Origin: Entomortierella parvispora E1425
Taxonomy: Eukaryota; Fungi; Mortierellomycota
Assembly (NCBI GenBank): GCA_020891255.1
Contig: BQFW01000008.1
Span: 62,001-126,000, forward strand
Reading direction: 5' to 3'
DNA length: 64,000 nt
Below, in pieces: positions 15,123 to 31,154 of this stretch. How positions within the stretch are numbered: the first letter of the stretch is position 1; each line of letters opens with the position of its first letter. The notes beneath the pieces were generated by a model, which did no database searches, was not told the DNA's origin, and saw only the letters and a list, made by a program, of their open reading frames with translations. The position numbers were made by a program, and so were the translations under genes.

Positions 15123-16403
15123 TTAAGCACGAGACGCGGAGCCGCTTGCCGATGGGGTCGCAGAGGCAGTGTCCAGGGTGACCTGGCCATTCGAGTCGCT
15201 GTTGACGCTCAAGTTGCTGGCACCGACGGGTCCACCCCCCAATCCACCACTCATACCGATGCCACCAGCACCAGCACCGCCAAACTGAGGAGCCAAGTTG
15301 GTAGCCATGCCCGCAGCAGTACCCATCTGAGCACCAGCAAGATTTTGATTGGCGTAGGGGTTCAATGGGTTCGGGTTCATGCCCTGCTGGTACGCGTTGC
15401 CGCTCGTATGGCCGTCTGTCACGACCTCGATCTGATCCTTTTCGCGCAAAAGTGCACCTGAAGATCCAAAAGTAGTTGTGGACATTGAACGCTCCTGGTT
15501 GAGGTCGCCGTCGACCTTGCGACGGACGTCCTGGTCGAGCCACGAGGTACAGAAGGGGCAGCGAACAGCATCTCCAGACATGTCCTTACCGCAATATGGG
15601 CAAGGCTTGTCCTTCACAAAAGCCTTGCGTCGAAGGGTGTAATAAACTGGAGAGAAAACAACATATCAAAGATTAGGAAGGCACTCTCGCAGATGCCAAC
15701 TTCCAGGAGTATCAATCCTCGAAATGGATACTTACGCTTGACAAGGAGGAAGAGGAAGAGACCGACCAAAATAAGGTTGATGACAGTGTTGATGAATCTA
15801 CCCCAGTTCCAGGTCACTATATGCATTGAAGAGAATCGAGTGTGAACTATGGTTCAGGTCATGGGCATGATATCTTCACCCCCTGTATAGTATCAAGTAC
15901 CTGCGCCGTCTGCCTGAGCGAGAGCTATGGTTGGATAACTACAAGTTCTGCCGCAGCGGATGACGAGGAACATCTCATCAAGATTTCTGTTGTTGGCAAG
16001 ACCAAAAATGGGTGTAATGATATCGTCGACCCTGTATTCACAATTGAAAAAAGCGTGGCAAGGGGTATGAAGTCAGGAGCTGCACGTTCATTACTTGCTT
16101 AACATGCAGCACAGGTAGTGACCCTTACAATGATTTGACGACGGCAGAGAAAGCGGTCGCGATAACAAAGGCGACGGCAAGATCAAAGGCATTGCCCTTG
16201 TTCAAGAAGTCCTTGAACTCTTGACAAAAGCCCTTGCTCTTGTTGAGGACTCCATGTCCAAGATTAGCAGCACCTGTAAGGCAACGGAAAAGGTAGAGGT
16301 ACCATTCATGTCAAAAGAGTAGTTGCACCTATTACTCCATTGTAGTGGGGACCAGACGTTACGTACCATGCATGCCAGCATTCAAAGTCTCGCCGACTGG
16401 CAT
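15123..16403 (-). CDS. mscL: Large-conductance mechanosensitive channel MscL homolog with C-terminal CxxC-CxxC zinc ribbon and Gly/Ala/Ser-rich tail (305 aa)
   Basis: Exons 16403-16367, 16273-16129, 16031-15901, 15816-15736, 15646-15123 total 918 nt in frame with GT-AG introns. Product [42 protein letters not shown] (S1+TM1), WNWGRFINTVINLILVGLFLFLLVK (TM2), CPYC...CPFCTSWL. Confidence 0.9.
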
Positions 16404-16817
16404 TTTTGCAGTGAGCTTTAGTTTCTGTACAAGAGACGGTGGTCAGCAAGGTAGATTATTTGATAGAGAAGGCCGTCTGGGAGCGAGGTGGAGAGAGAAA
16501 GGTAGTAGGGTGGTGGGCGGGTAGAGAGAACGAAGAAAGAGAAGATGATGACGATGTTTAGGCAGGATCGTCGGCCTTTTATCTTCGTTGCGGCATCTAG
16601 TCGAGTTCATAATTGAGGATCGTCACAGGTTTGATATTGCAGTGGCATCTGGAATGTCCCGGTTACTTGGGCTTCTTTGCAACGTCTGTGACTCTATTAG
16701 ATATTGTGCAGGATCAAGGGGCTCCTGCCTGTCCGGATGTCGATCCATCAGCACCCTCCGTTTGCATGAGAGTATCATCTCTCTGCGACTAGGAGGAGGA
16801 GGGGGCAGAGGACCAAG

Positions 16818-16853
16818 ACGCGTCCAATTAAAACATTCGCGCGCGGCGCGCGT
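16818..16853. promoter_or_regulatory. CGCG-rich core of the divergent mscL/WD40 promoter, including ACGCGT (MCB-like)
   Basis: ACGCGT at 16818-16823 and CGCGCGCGGCGCGCGT at 16838-16853 in the 802-bp head-to-head gap. Function inferred only. Confidence 0.3.
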
Positions 16854-17205
16854 GTGACCCGATCCGTTCATTCCACCAGCAAGCCACATCCACCGTTGCT
16901 CTGCCCCAACGATTGACTGTTGACGCATGGTCGTGTGCCACGCCATCGAGTACACGAGCCAGTGGAAGCTGGTCCAAGCAGGGGATACTGAGGAGTGGTT
17001 ATTGCTACGACGGACAGGGTGCCCATTCCATCAGCGGAAGCAACGCCTCTCTGTCATTTCGCCTCAGATGGGAGAAGGGCAAAAGTACAAAAACAGAGTG
17101 ATCCGCTGGACCCAAATTTTTGTCTCTTTCCCCTCTTCTCTTCATCTCTCAATTCCCCCGACAGCCCCTGTTTGTAACTGCACTCATACCAGAGCTGAAC
17201 TCACC

Positions 17206-19753
17206 ATGGGCGAACATCTCCCCCATCAATATCAACGCCGACGGAGCAGCATCGTCCGTTCACTGCGCCATCTACAAACGGTCAAGGGTGTCCGACAGCC
17301 ACACCTAAGTCATCAACTCCTGGACGTAGAGAGCTTTGTCAAACGGATGGAGCAGCAGCTCCCGCCACTCAAGGGCCACCGTGGATGCGTCAACACGATC
17401 GTCTGGGATGAGTCTGGCGAATTCTTGCTCACCGGTTCTGGTATGCAAAGCACTGTCGACATGGACATTGTCGTGGGAACAAACGAGACGTCAAGATAGC
17501 CACCGCAACTAAACGCAATGACCGATCCCATGCTTCATAGATGATACACGATTGAACATCTATCGCCCCCTCGACCACTCGCCGCTTGTCCATAGTATAC
17601 CCAGTGGACACACGCAGAACATCTTTTCAGCAAGGTTCTTGACCAACAGCTCTGCCTCAAAGATTGTTTCTTGCTCCTTGGATGGCTTTACCAGACTGAC
17701 AGATGTGAACAAGTTCCAGGAAAAGTCCAAGACCGACAGCTGGCTCCCAGCTCCAGGCTTCAGTTGCCATACTGACATGCTCTACGAGGGTATGTGTTGA
17801 GTCAGGAAAGAGGAGCGCATTTGTGTCATTTGGACGATTACAATGGACTGATCCCTGTTTCTGCATTTCAACCACTGAATGTAGTGATGCCAGACATTGT
17901 CGATGGTCATGTCTTTTACGATTGGTAACTTCATTTCAAAAAAGTGCATTCCTTTCCTGCTGGGTGTCCGCTGGGATGTTTATTAACAACGATCATGACA
18001 CCGTACCTCATATAACATAGTGCCGACGACGGGAAGCTGAACAGATACGACCTTCGAATGGCGACCAGCTGCGACTGCCTCGAGGACGACGACTGCAACC
18101 GAAACGCCTTCATCAACATCAACTCGCACCGTACTCAGCCCAACTTTTCAGGAATGCCTACCATCGAACGCCTCTATTACTCTATTCGATTCCGACGTTT
18201 CCAACTGGGAATCTCAGCCATCACTCAACGGCCAGAAATGCCAGTCTATATTGCTGCGGCCTGCTCTGACGACACTGTTCGCATATATGACACTCGCAAG
18301 GTCAACTCTCGGGATCACCGTGGTCCTCAAGTGTACTCATTTTCGCCATATATACCGTCTGGATGGGTTCAAGGAGCAAACGGAGATTTGGAAAGGGGCT
18401 CTAATGCGGAGAGAGGTACCCACGACACAAAAATCACCTCGCTCAAATATGATCCATGTCGAACGGGACAGCTCCTGGCCAGCTATAGTCGAGGCAACTG
18501 CTTTTTGATCGATCCCTCAAGAATGTACTCAAAGTCAGAGGACCCACGTTTGCAGGAGAAAAAGCAGGATCATGATCATGATGACGAGAAAACAAAAGAA
18601 TCCCGTTCGTCCTCGATCAGAGCCGGGAAGAGAAGAAGAAGGGACTCGGACGATTCACCAAAATTGCCCACTCCCAGTGAAGCAAAGTCGGGCAAGAATA
18701 AGAAAGGAGATAAAGGGGATAAAGGCGATAAAGGCGATAAAGGCGATAAAGGAGAAGCCTCGTCATCAAGCGGACCTGCTCCAGAGCCATCAACAGCTGT
18801 TACAGACGACGACGTTGCGTATTGGAGACAGCGAAGTTTTGAGGCAGGAAAGTCGGATATCCTTCAGGTTTATTCTGGTCATCAAAATGAAAAGACCATG
18901 GTAAGGAGATCTTTTGCGTCACGGACAAGAAGACCTTGATTGGAAAGGCATTGACCCATCTGTGTCCTTGTAGATCAAAGAAGCCAATTTCTTTGGTCCA
19001 AATAGCGAATGCATCTTGTCGGGATCGGATGATGGGCGCATCTTTTTCTGGAATAAGAAGGATGGCAGAATCATCAACGTGATCAAGGGAGACAAAGTAA
19101 GCAGGCTGGCACGGCAGGTTCATGTTTGAGGAAACTTTACTAGAAACTGACATGTTCATTGGGATGCAAACTATTAGGAGGTCGTCAATTGTGTTCAACC
19201 ACACCCACACTCCCCTTTTCTGCTAAGTGCTTCAGGAATTGACACGACTACAAAGATTTTCCTTCCCACAGCGACCGAGAGGGCAAAGATGTCCAGTATC
19301 AAAGGCGTTGTGAAGCCAACTGCACGTCCATATGAACTGAGACCAAGCACCATCGAGGGCAATTCTGGAAGCGACGTTGAGCGCGTAGATCAGGCTGACG
19401 AAGATGAGCCAGACTCTGAGCTTGATTCAGATGATGATGACGATGATGATGACGATGACAGTGATGATGACGACGAAGGACACGCCGGGGCCCTCAGCGG
19501 AGATGCCCTACTCATTCGACGTCGCCGTCGCCGTCGCCGCCGTCTCGGTGAGATATTGCTGGACTATGCACAGTTTGAGAGCGACGACTCGGAAGAGGAA
19601 GAAATGACCGAGCGAGAATATCTAAGTGTAGGCCTGAATCATGAAGAGCTGGCGGAAATAATCCGACTGGTTCGTCGTCCCACAAGGCCAGATCATGACA
19701 ACGAGAATGAGCCTTCAAATGAGGAGAATGAAGAAGAGCAAGGAGAAGATTGA
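17206..19753 (+). CDS. WD40-repeat protein of the DCAF6/DCAF8/WDTC1 family (CUL4-DDB1 substrate receptor-like)
   Basis: [102 protein letters not shown]; acidic tail; GT-AG introns. Confidence 0.85.
18706..18756 (+). repeat. 9-bp repeat (GGNGATAAA)~5 encoding Gly-Asp-Lys triplets
   Basis: gga gat aaa ggg gat aaa (ggc gat aaa)3 gga gaa within a WD40 loop insertion. Confidence 0.85.
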
Positions 19754-19826
19754 CCCAGATTTTGAAGTAATAAAAAAAAAAGCAGAAAAAAAAAATAGCA
19801 CCGAAAGAACGTCATTGTTTTAATCA

Positions 19827-22220
19827 CTAAGGTGAGGTCCCCCCGAGTTGCAATTCCTCGCCTGCTTCTATGATGGCCTTGGCAACACTGCACCAGACCC
19901 CCTCTTCACGCAAATACTCACCCGTATATCCCCCCATAAGCTTCCTGAACCACCTAGCACCGACCAAGTCCCAGAGAGAGTGGAGCCCCCAGAACCAACC
20001 GCCCTTTCGATGTTTGTCTTGATCGTTACCCAAGGACATGATCTTTTCGAATGAGGACGAGTCCTGTACATCCAAATCCTTTCGGATGACTTTGGCAAAA
20101 CAATTGCTGCCCTCTTCTGTCGAAATAGAGCACAAATCTCCACGACCAAAGACGTCGCACTGGTAGTGAAAGTTGAACCAGCCTGTCGTGGAAGGAACCT
20201 GGCTTGGGTCGTCTGCAACGGAGGAGAACAAACTCTTCCAGGGCAAGGATGGTAATTTTGCGGATCTCAAGTTCATAACCCAGACAGAAAAGTTCCCGAG
20301 CGTGTAGAGCGTGCGGAAATAAAAGCGGCAATCTCCCTTTTCAACCATCAATGCCTCTTCCTTGCCCGCCATTCGCCCCTGCTGTCGCTGAAGTTGAGAC
20401 AGATAATGGGAAGCAACTATCCCTCCGGATGAAAGGCCAAGCATGATGACTGGGACCACTGGTACTGTGTTTGAGGGCGCTGACTGGTCCATGCTACCGT
20501 GGCCACGACGCAGCGCCTGCACCACAGTCGCGAGACTATCTATTGACGCGTCAATGGCCGCAAAAACCTTTTTTTCCACTTGTGAATAACATATTGGTCC
20601 AATAGTGATGGGCACTGTCTGGAAGATAAAATGGCGCAAGTACTCGATGAAGGCCGATTCTGAAAACGGCTCTCCCTGCAGGGCTGCATGCCCCTGTTCC
20701 AGTCCAGTACGAATGCCGTCAAGAACGCTCCGCTGACCTTGCTCCAGGATGGCGCCATATCCAATGCTCACACCGATGACCGAGACCCCTCCAGTAAGTC
20801 GCTGGGTGGGAGAGGAACATTGCCGCACAAGATCTGCGCTGTAGTTCAGTCCTCGTTGGAAAAGCTTTGCCTCTTGTTCATACCTCTCCGAATCACCAAG
20901 GCCCTGCAAATGAATGACCGCCACCATGGGTCGGGATGGGTCAAAAGAGGTGGGCAAGATCAATCGTGCAGGAACCGTGGAAGAGCCCCAAGGGTTAGAT
21001 ATAGACAGATCGTGTTCCTGATGTTGCTCTGATGCTCGGGCGCATTCTCCCAAATCAACTCCAGAGTCGCGCTTGACAATAACGGCTGTGCCCCGTTCCC
21101 CCGCCGCTGTTTTACCGTCCTCTATTGGTGTCAGGATTCCGGTGGTCCAGGGGCTTTTAGATGGGCTCAATTGGATAGAAACCTTTTCCAGCACTTGGGC
21201 CCACACAGCCCCGTCCAACAGAGTCACCGAATGCGAAAACAGGGACTTTGCCAATAATCTCTTCATTGTTTCCTCCCATGGATCATTCAAGACATTGGCT
21301 AGAGACCAAGCTGGGCTGATTAGCACGTTCTCGACTGACCCTTGACCCACCAAGGGTCCAGCCAGAGCATCCGTGGAATACAAAAGGTTGAACCAACGAA
21401 TCGATGATGGTAGAAGCGCCTCACATATCAACGGAGGATGAAAGAGATTGAGCGGACAGGCCAGTGTCATCACCAAGCGGATGCAGCTCAGCAACCGAAG
21501 ACCCTCCATCCCCAAAACAGAAAGTCGTGCCTGTGTAATTCTTCGCTCGCCTGGCTCGCAGGTCGAAGGCGAGCTCTGGAACCAAGGGAGGCTCACCATT
21601 GTCTGTCGTGGGTTCTCCCCCCCGTTCTCTCGGTACGCCTGTTGCGATTGCTGGAAAGCCTCTCCATGGTCGACAAACCAAGCTCTAGCCGCCGACAAGA
21701 ATTCGAGTAGGATCACGCTCCCCATACTGAAGGCTATCGGGATGAGTTCTAATGATGGGGGAGCTCCGCTGTGGTTTCCATGGTTGTCCTTTTCAAGCTC
21801 CAAGGCCATGTCCCGAATATCTCTACAGATCCAAGACCAGACGCGTTCACGAATGTCTGGATCGCCGGCGTAGCGTAGAGAGGTTACCAAGAGTCGTCTG
21901 GGTAAGAACGTGAACAAGCGCTCGATCATCCCCATCCCTTTGACCGAGAGCATTTGGTCGTCATGAACAAGTTTCGCATAGGCGATTCCACGAAAGGCGA
22001 CCGTTGGACCAGTATCAGGAGGTCGCTGCTGCTGCTGGTCTGTGGGCTCTTTTTTTGACAGTTGGCTGGTGAGGATCATTTCTGCATTGTCCACCATATC
22101 CTGTTGCATGTCTTGGGTGCCCAATCCAGGAAGAAAGAGGAACGCAACCTTTGATGGAGTGGCCTGAATTGAGGTGGAGGACAGTAAGGAATCCATTGTA
22201 GATAGGGGGGACGCTGACAT
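19827..22220 (-). CDS. Hypothetical 797-aa protein with two tandem alpha/beta-hydrolase-like domains
   Basis: Intronless ORF with parallel motifs in both halves: FLFLPGLG/VIHLQGLG, AFSMG/GLSSG, MTLACPL/YTLGNF, WFNLLYSTD/WFNFHYQCD, D.AVW/EEGVW. Confidence 0.72.
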   Translation of the reverse strand: MSASPLSTMDSLLSSTSIQATPSKVAFLFLPGLGTQDMQQDMVDNAEMILTSQLSKKEPTDQQQQRPPDTGPTVAFRGIAYAKLVHDDQMLSVKGMGMIERLFTFLPRRLLVTSLRYAGDPDIRERVWSWICRDIRDMALELEKDNHGNHSGAPPSLELIPIAFSMGSVILLEFLSAARAWFVDHGEAFQQSQQAYRENGGENPRQTMVSLPWFQSSPSTCEPGERRITQARLSVLGMEGLRLLSCIRLVMTLACPLNLFHPPLICEALLPSSIRWFNLLYSTDALAGPLVGQGSVENVLISPAWSLANVLNDPWEETMKRLLAKSLFSHSVTLLDGAVWAQVLEKVSIQLSPSKSPWTTGILTPIEDGKTAAGERGTAVIVKRDSGVDLGECARASEQHQEHDLSISNPWGSSTVPARLILPTSFDPSRPMVAVIHLQGLGDSERYEQEAKLFQRGLNYSADLVRQCSSPTQRLTGGVSVIGVSIGYGAILEQGQRSVLDGIRTGLEQGHAALQGEPFSESAFIEYLRHFIFQTVPITIGPICYSQVEKKVFAAIDASIDSLATVVQALRRGHGSMDQSAPSNTVPVVPVIMLGLSSGGIVASHYLSQLQRQQGRMAGKEEALMVEKGDCRFYFRTLYTLGNFSVWVMNLRSAKLPSLPWKSLFSSVADDPSQVPSTTGWFNFHYQCDVFGRGDLCSISTEEGSNCFAKVIRKDLDVQDSSSFEKIMSLGNDQDKHRKGGWFWGLHSLWDLVGARWFRKLMGGYTGEYLREEGVWCSVAKAIIEAGEELQLGGTSP

Positions 22221-22836
22221 GGATAGTGCTGGAAGAGAAGAAGAGGTGAAAGAGGAGAAAGAAGGCTTACGGAGTCACTGTGTCTCGCAAAGAGCGCCCT
22301 CAATGGCAGTTTTCATCGTGTGCCACATTGACGATCCCCTTTTCTGCATCACTTTATTCCAAAAGTCGCCGGCCGATCCAGATGCAAACCCTCCCTCCCC
22401 CTGCTGCTCTTTTTTTTTGTCGCATGTGGCTCTCAAAATGGAGCGCAGAACGTCGTCCTCCTGGTCTGTGCATCACGACTCTCTCGAGGAAACAAAGCTG
22501 GAATCGCGAACATGAAATGCTGACATTTTTTTTTATTTTGTGGAAAGAAAAAGAGAAAAATGCAAAATTATACAAGTTGTTTGAGGCAATGCTGGATAGA
22601 TATGGTCTAGGATTGACGAGCACAGAATATCAAAGGAAGAGAGAAAAAGAGATGAAGAGAATGAAGGCACGTTGAATGTTTTTTTGTAAGGAAGGAAGGG
22701 AGCGGAAAAGGGAATGTCCAAATCCCTACCTAATCCTTTATACTCCATGGCTGGAGGAACAAAGAGTGAGAGGTATCGGTGTCTTTTGTGTGTATGTTGT
22801 TTTCGCTTTGCCTGTGATCCCAATGGTGTTTTTTTT

Positions 22837-24548
22837 TTACATGTCCACATCCATGCCGGCGCCGGGAGCTGAAACGTCAACAGCGCCGATACCAGCCAAA
22901 GCCTTGCCACTCTTGATGACCTTTGCCGTAGGCTCAGCCATGAGCTTGGCAGTGTTCGAATCCTCAGGGACGCTGTAAGCAGAGTGGACATAGGGGAGGG
23001 GGAGGGAGGGAGTGATGCGGGTGGCTCCGTTGGCAGAGAGAAGAACAGTCATCTTGAACTGAGCGACCTTGTCCGAAGCACGGGTGTAGTAAACGGGGTA
23101 AGGGGTCAAGAGGTTGTGGGCAGCGACCTCAGTGACACCGAGACGATGGCGCTTGTCCAAAGAGCTATTAGAAAGAACAATGGGTTAGCTCAATTGATAG
23201 ATTCCCACAAAAGTATCTTTGCGAAAAGCCAAAGACGTGCACATTGATCTTACCGAATGGTGAAGGGGAAGACGCCAAACTGTGTGCTGATCTCGTTGAA
23301 GGCAGCGCGGGCAGCCTTCAACTTGAGGTTGTAGTTCTGGTGGACGTTACGGGCGAAAACAGTGGGCTTCAAGGCGCCCTCTCTGCACGATCCATCTCCA
23401 GAGCTGATCAAGATGTTGAGGGTGTAGGCCTCGTTGGCGACAAAGGTGAAATCCTGGACGGGGCGGTTCTCCTCATCGGGGACGTTCAAGATCATCTTTT
23501 CCGTGGCGACGACGTAACGCTTGATCTCGTTGGAGGCAGTTCCGGTGACGGGGCTGCAGTTGAACAAGGCGGCAGCGTCGGCAATAGCCTCCTGAACCTG
23601 AATGTTGCTGTTTCCAATCTTGATCAAACGCAAAGCAGCCTCGGCAGCGTAGTGAGCAGCGCAAATGACATCGGCAGCACGGCCCTCAATGGGCTGGGCG
23701 GGGTTAGGGTTGATGACAACGGTGTGGCCGTTGGTGGCAATGTATCCATCGATGTGAGCGCCCAATTCACTAGGATTCAAGGTAGAAATAAGTCAGCAAG
23801 GGGGATCCTTTAGTGGTCGAGGTCCTGATCTCCAGTTGTCCTTGTACGTTTACTTACATCTTGACAACATCACCAACACGCAAGACGTGCTCATCTCCAG
23901 CCTCGCCGGTAGGGGAGTAGTATTCAACGCAGTCGTTCACAGAGATCATGGTGGGGAAGGCGATACCCTTCTCGACATTGTTCTTGTTGTAGACCTTGGA
24001 AGTCTATTATAGGCATGAGGAGCAATATCAGCACATGGTTCTCTGACTCCACATGGTTCTCTGACTCCAGTTGAGCCGGTTGCCTTTGCTTGTTCTTGAA
24101 AGCGAAGGATGGGGTGAAAGGGACATGTCCTGAATGTGCAATACGTACATAAGAGAGAATGATCTCATCTCCGAAAGCGCAGAGCTCGCTGACACGGATA
24201 CCGTCAGCAATGCGGGCAACGACCTTGGTCAAGGCATCTAATTGAGGTAGAGGAGTGCTGATTAGAAAGGGTTCCTCAATGGCTCCAGGTCGAGTCAGAA
24301 TTGACCCTTTGAATTTGATCTAAAATGCACTGGTTCTGTGTATTTACCCTGGGCAATATCAGCAGCCAAACGGTACTTGGCAATAACGGTGGGGTCGCTG
24401 AGGTTGTTGTCGATATCCGACTTTTGGGCGTAGAGCTCCTAAGGGATCCCAAGGAACAGGAGGTTAGTGCTCTGGCTTGAAGTGACTTCAAGAAACAGCA
24501 GTTGCTCAGGCGAGTTGACATGGAACATACAATCTGATCCAAATCCAT
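22837..24548 (-). CDS. PA2G4: PA2G4/Ebp1/Cdb4-like protein (peptidase M24 pita-bread fold, non-catalytic)
   Basis: MDLDQI | ELYAQKSDIDNNLSDPTVIAKYRLAADIAQ, KGIAFPTMISVNDCVEYYSP, GDVVK.ELGAHIDGYIA..HT.V, YNLKLKAAR...I...FGVFPFTIR, LGVTEVAAHNLLTPYPV..., VAQFKMTVLL. Confidence 0.88.
24032..24069. repeat. Perfect 18-bp tandem duplication inside a PA2G4 intron
   Basis: (CACATGGTTCTCTGACTC)2 at 24032-24067. Confidence 0.9.
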
Positions 24549-24993
24549 TGCGAGTATAGTAAAAGGGGAAGGATGGGAGGTAGGGGGAGGGGATGAAAAG
24601 GGAGCGGATGGAGGGATGGAGGGATGGGATGGGTGAATGGATGAATGCAGTCGATGACCCTTTGCTCGGTTTTTTTTTGCTTCACTTTCTTTTTTTTTTT
24701 TTTTCTTTTTTTTGAGCGAGGCTTGATTTGCATGGAGATTGTGCGTGGTGGCTTGTTGTTGTTTATGGCAGCGTACGCGAGTGACTGCGGCCCTTTCGTT
24801 CTTTGGGAAGGCACAAAATATCCTCTTGGCCCCTTAATTGTGCCTATGTTTGCGCGTCAATTGGAGGGACGGACGGAGTGCGTGTTGCGTTGCTGTGCTG
24901 CGTTGCGTTGCGTCGTTGTCTGTGGTGTGTGTATGTGCGTATGTGCGTATGTGCGCATGTGCGTGGGGGGGGGGGGGTGATACAGCCCTGTGT

Positions 24994-25021
24994 GGATGGA
25001 TGGATGGATGGATGGATGGAT
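24994..25021. repeat. (GGAT)7 microsatellite, preceded by a G13 run
   Basis: Seen directly, in the PA2G4/UBP12 divergent intergenic region. Confidence 0.9.
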
Positions 25022-25239
25022 GGACGAGGATGCATGTGGACACTCTGGAGCTGGCATGGTTGGTGTGTGATGGCAAGGGGGTGTGTGCTCAATAGAGTGA
25101 GTCGAGCAAGGGGGGGCTGGTTAGCTGCCATTGGGTCGCTTCACCGGGATGGAGAGGGAAGGGGGCACATGGATGGATATATGGATGGATGTCCATGGGG
25201 TGATGAGTGGTCCCCTTTCCTTCTCTTCTCTTGTCCACG

Positions 25240-25278
25240 CACACACACACACACACACATCCATCCATCCATCCATCC
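25240..25278. repeat. (CA)n followed by (ATCC)5 microsatellite
   Basis: Seen directly; the (ATCC)5 tract is the reverse complement of the upstream (GGAT)7. Confidence 0.9.
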
Positions 25279-25422
25279 ATCGGTCCATTTGTCCACTGTA
25301 ATTTCCTCCCACTTTTGTTTCTATCTCCTCACTTTTTTCGCTTTGCCCTTTTTCGCTTTCTCCTCTTCTTTTCTCTTCTTTTCCATCTCCTTCCCATCTC
25401 TCCATCTCCTTCCATCCTGCAA

Positions 25423-30122
<4,700 letters not shown>

Positions 30123-30223
30123 TGTAAAAGCGTATGCTTAGAATGCAATCCCATTAAAAAGATCCCCGAATTATTATATTATATGATGATTATTGTACTT
30201 TATGTAGGAAAGATGAAAGATAT

Positions 30224-30916
30224 TCAGTCTGCCTGGGCCATGCCAGAGGCCGATCCAAGGACGGCACTGATGGCGTCCGAGACGGGGGTCAAGTCCAATT
30301 TTGGACTGCTTGACAATGCATGTGTGCCTGCTGTATGAATGACCTTGGCCAAAGGTTCGCCACCGCCCAAGAAAGTCAAGAGACGTTCCAACCAGTTTTC
30401 GATCACTGCGACAAAGGCGGGGACCTGCAAGCCAAAAGTCGAGATGGCGGATCCGTCTGGGTTCCGGATGGGGTCAAAGAAGTTGAAGTTGTTAAAGTCG
30501 ATCCAGCACCGGTCCGCGCCCCAGTAGCATGTGGTGGAAAACAAGAGGATCACTGTGCAAACGCAGTACACGCTGTTGTTCGTGGATTTGTAAGGAGGAT
30601 GTGGTGGTCAGTTGAGCTTCTTTTTTTTTCTTTGTGTTCCTGAAAGAAGGCAATTCACCAAAGAGTTGCCCATTGGTATTCTAGTCTCATGTTGACAATC
30701 TCGAGAGTCTTACCATGGGCGGTGATGAAAGTAAAGAGAAATGTAATAGAGGATCACAAAGTAAGGCGCCGTGCTGGGAAATGGCATCAGCAGCAGCGGA
30801 AGGAATGCCTAGGAAAACAACCAAAATGACAGAAAAGTTCGACATTAAATGATGCTGCCCTCAGGAAAACACTTGGGAAATGGTCTGAAATGCTCACGTA
30901 CCCTCACGCAAAACAT
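30224..30916 (-). CDS. BLCAP: Bc10/BLCAP-family small membrane protein (152 aa)
   Basis: Exons 30916-30902, 30808-30714, 30572-30224 (459 nt): MFCVRAFLPLLLMPFP...YFHHRPCVYCVCTVILLFSTTCYW, matching the family pattern M.C...LP.L..P...RPC..C. Confidence 0.8.
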
Positions 30917-31154
30917 TGTGGGTATATATGAAGTGTCGAGGTGATTGAGGGAAAGCGAAAAATGAAGGGGATGCGAATGGGGCAAGAGTGAGGAACAGAG
31001 AAGATTGATGGCGACATTTGAAGTTCAAAGAGGTGCCACCAATAAATGGTCCGCACAGTCACGGGGCGTTTTCCTGGAACCCCGTTTTCTACCTTTTCGC
31101 GTGTGGAGGATGTTCATGACAAACTTCAAGGATTACTGTATTTATTGGTATGTT

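Noticed and set aside
16623-16955. ORF with J-domain-like KRRVLMDRHPDR
   Set aside because: Lies across the mscL/WD40 divergent promoter, lacks J-domain helices I and III, and has no supporting splice sites.
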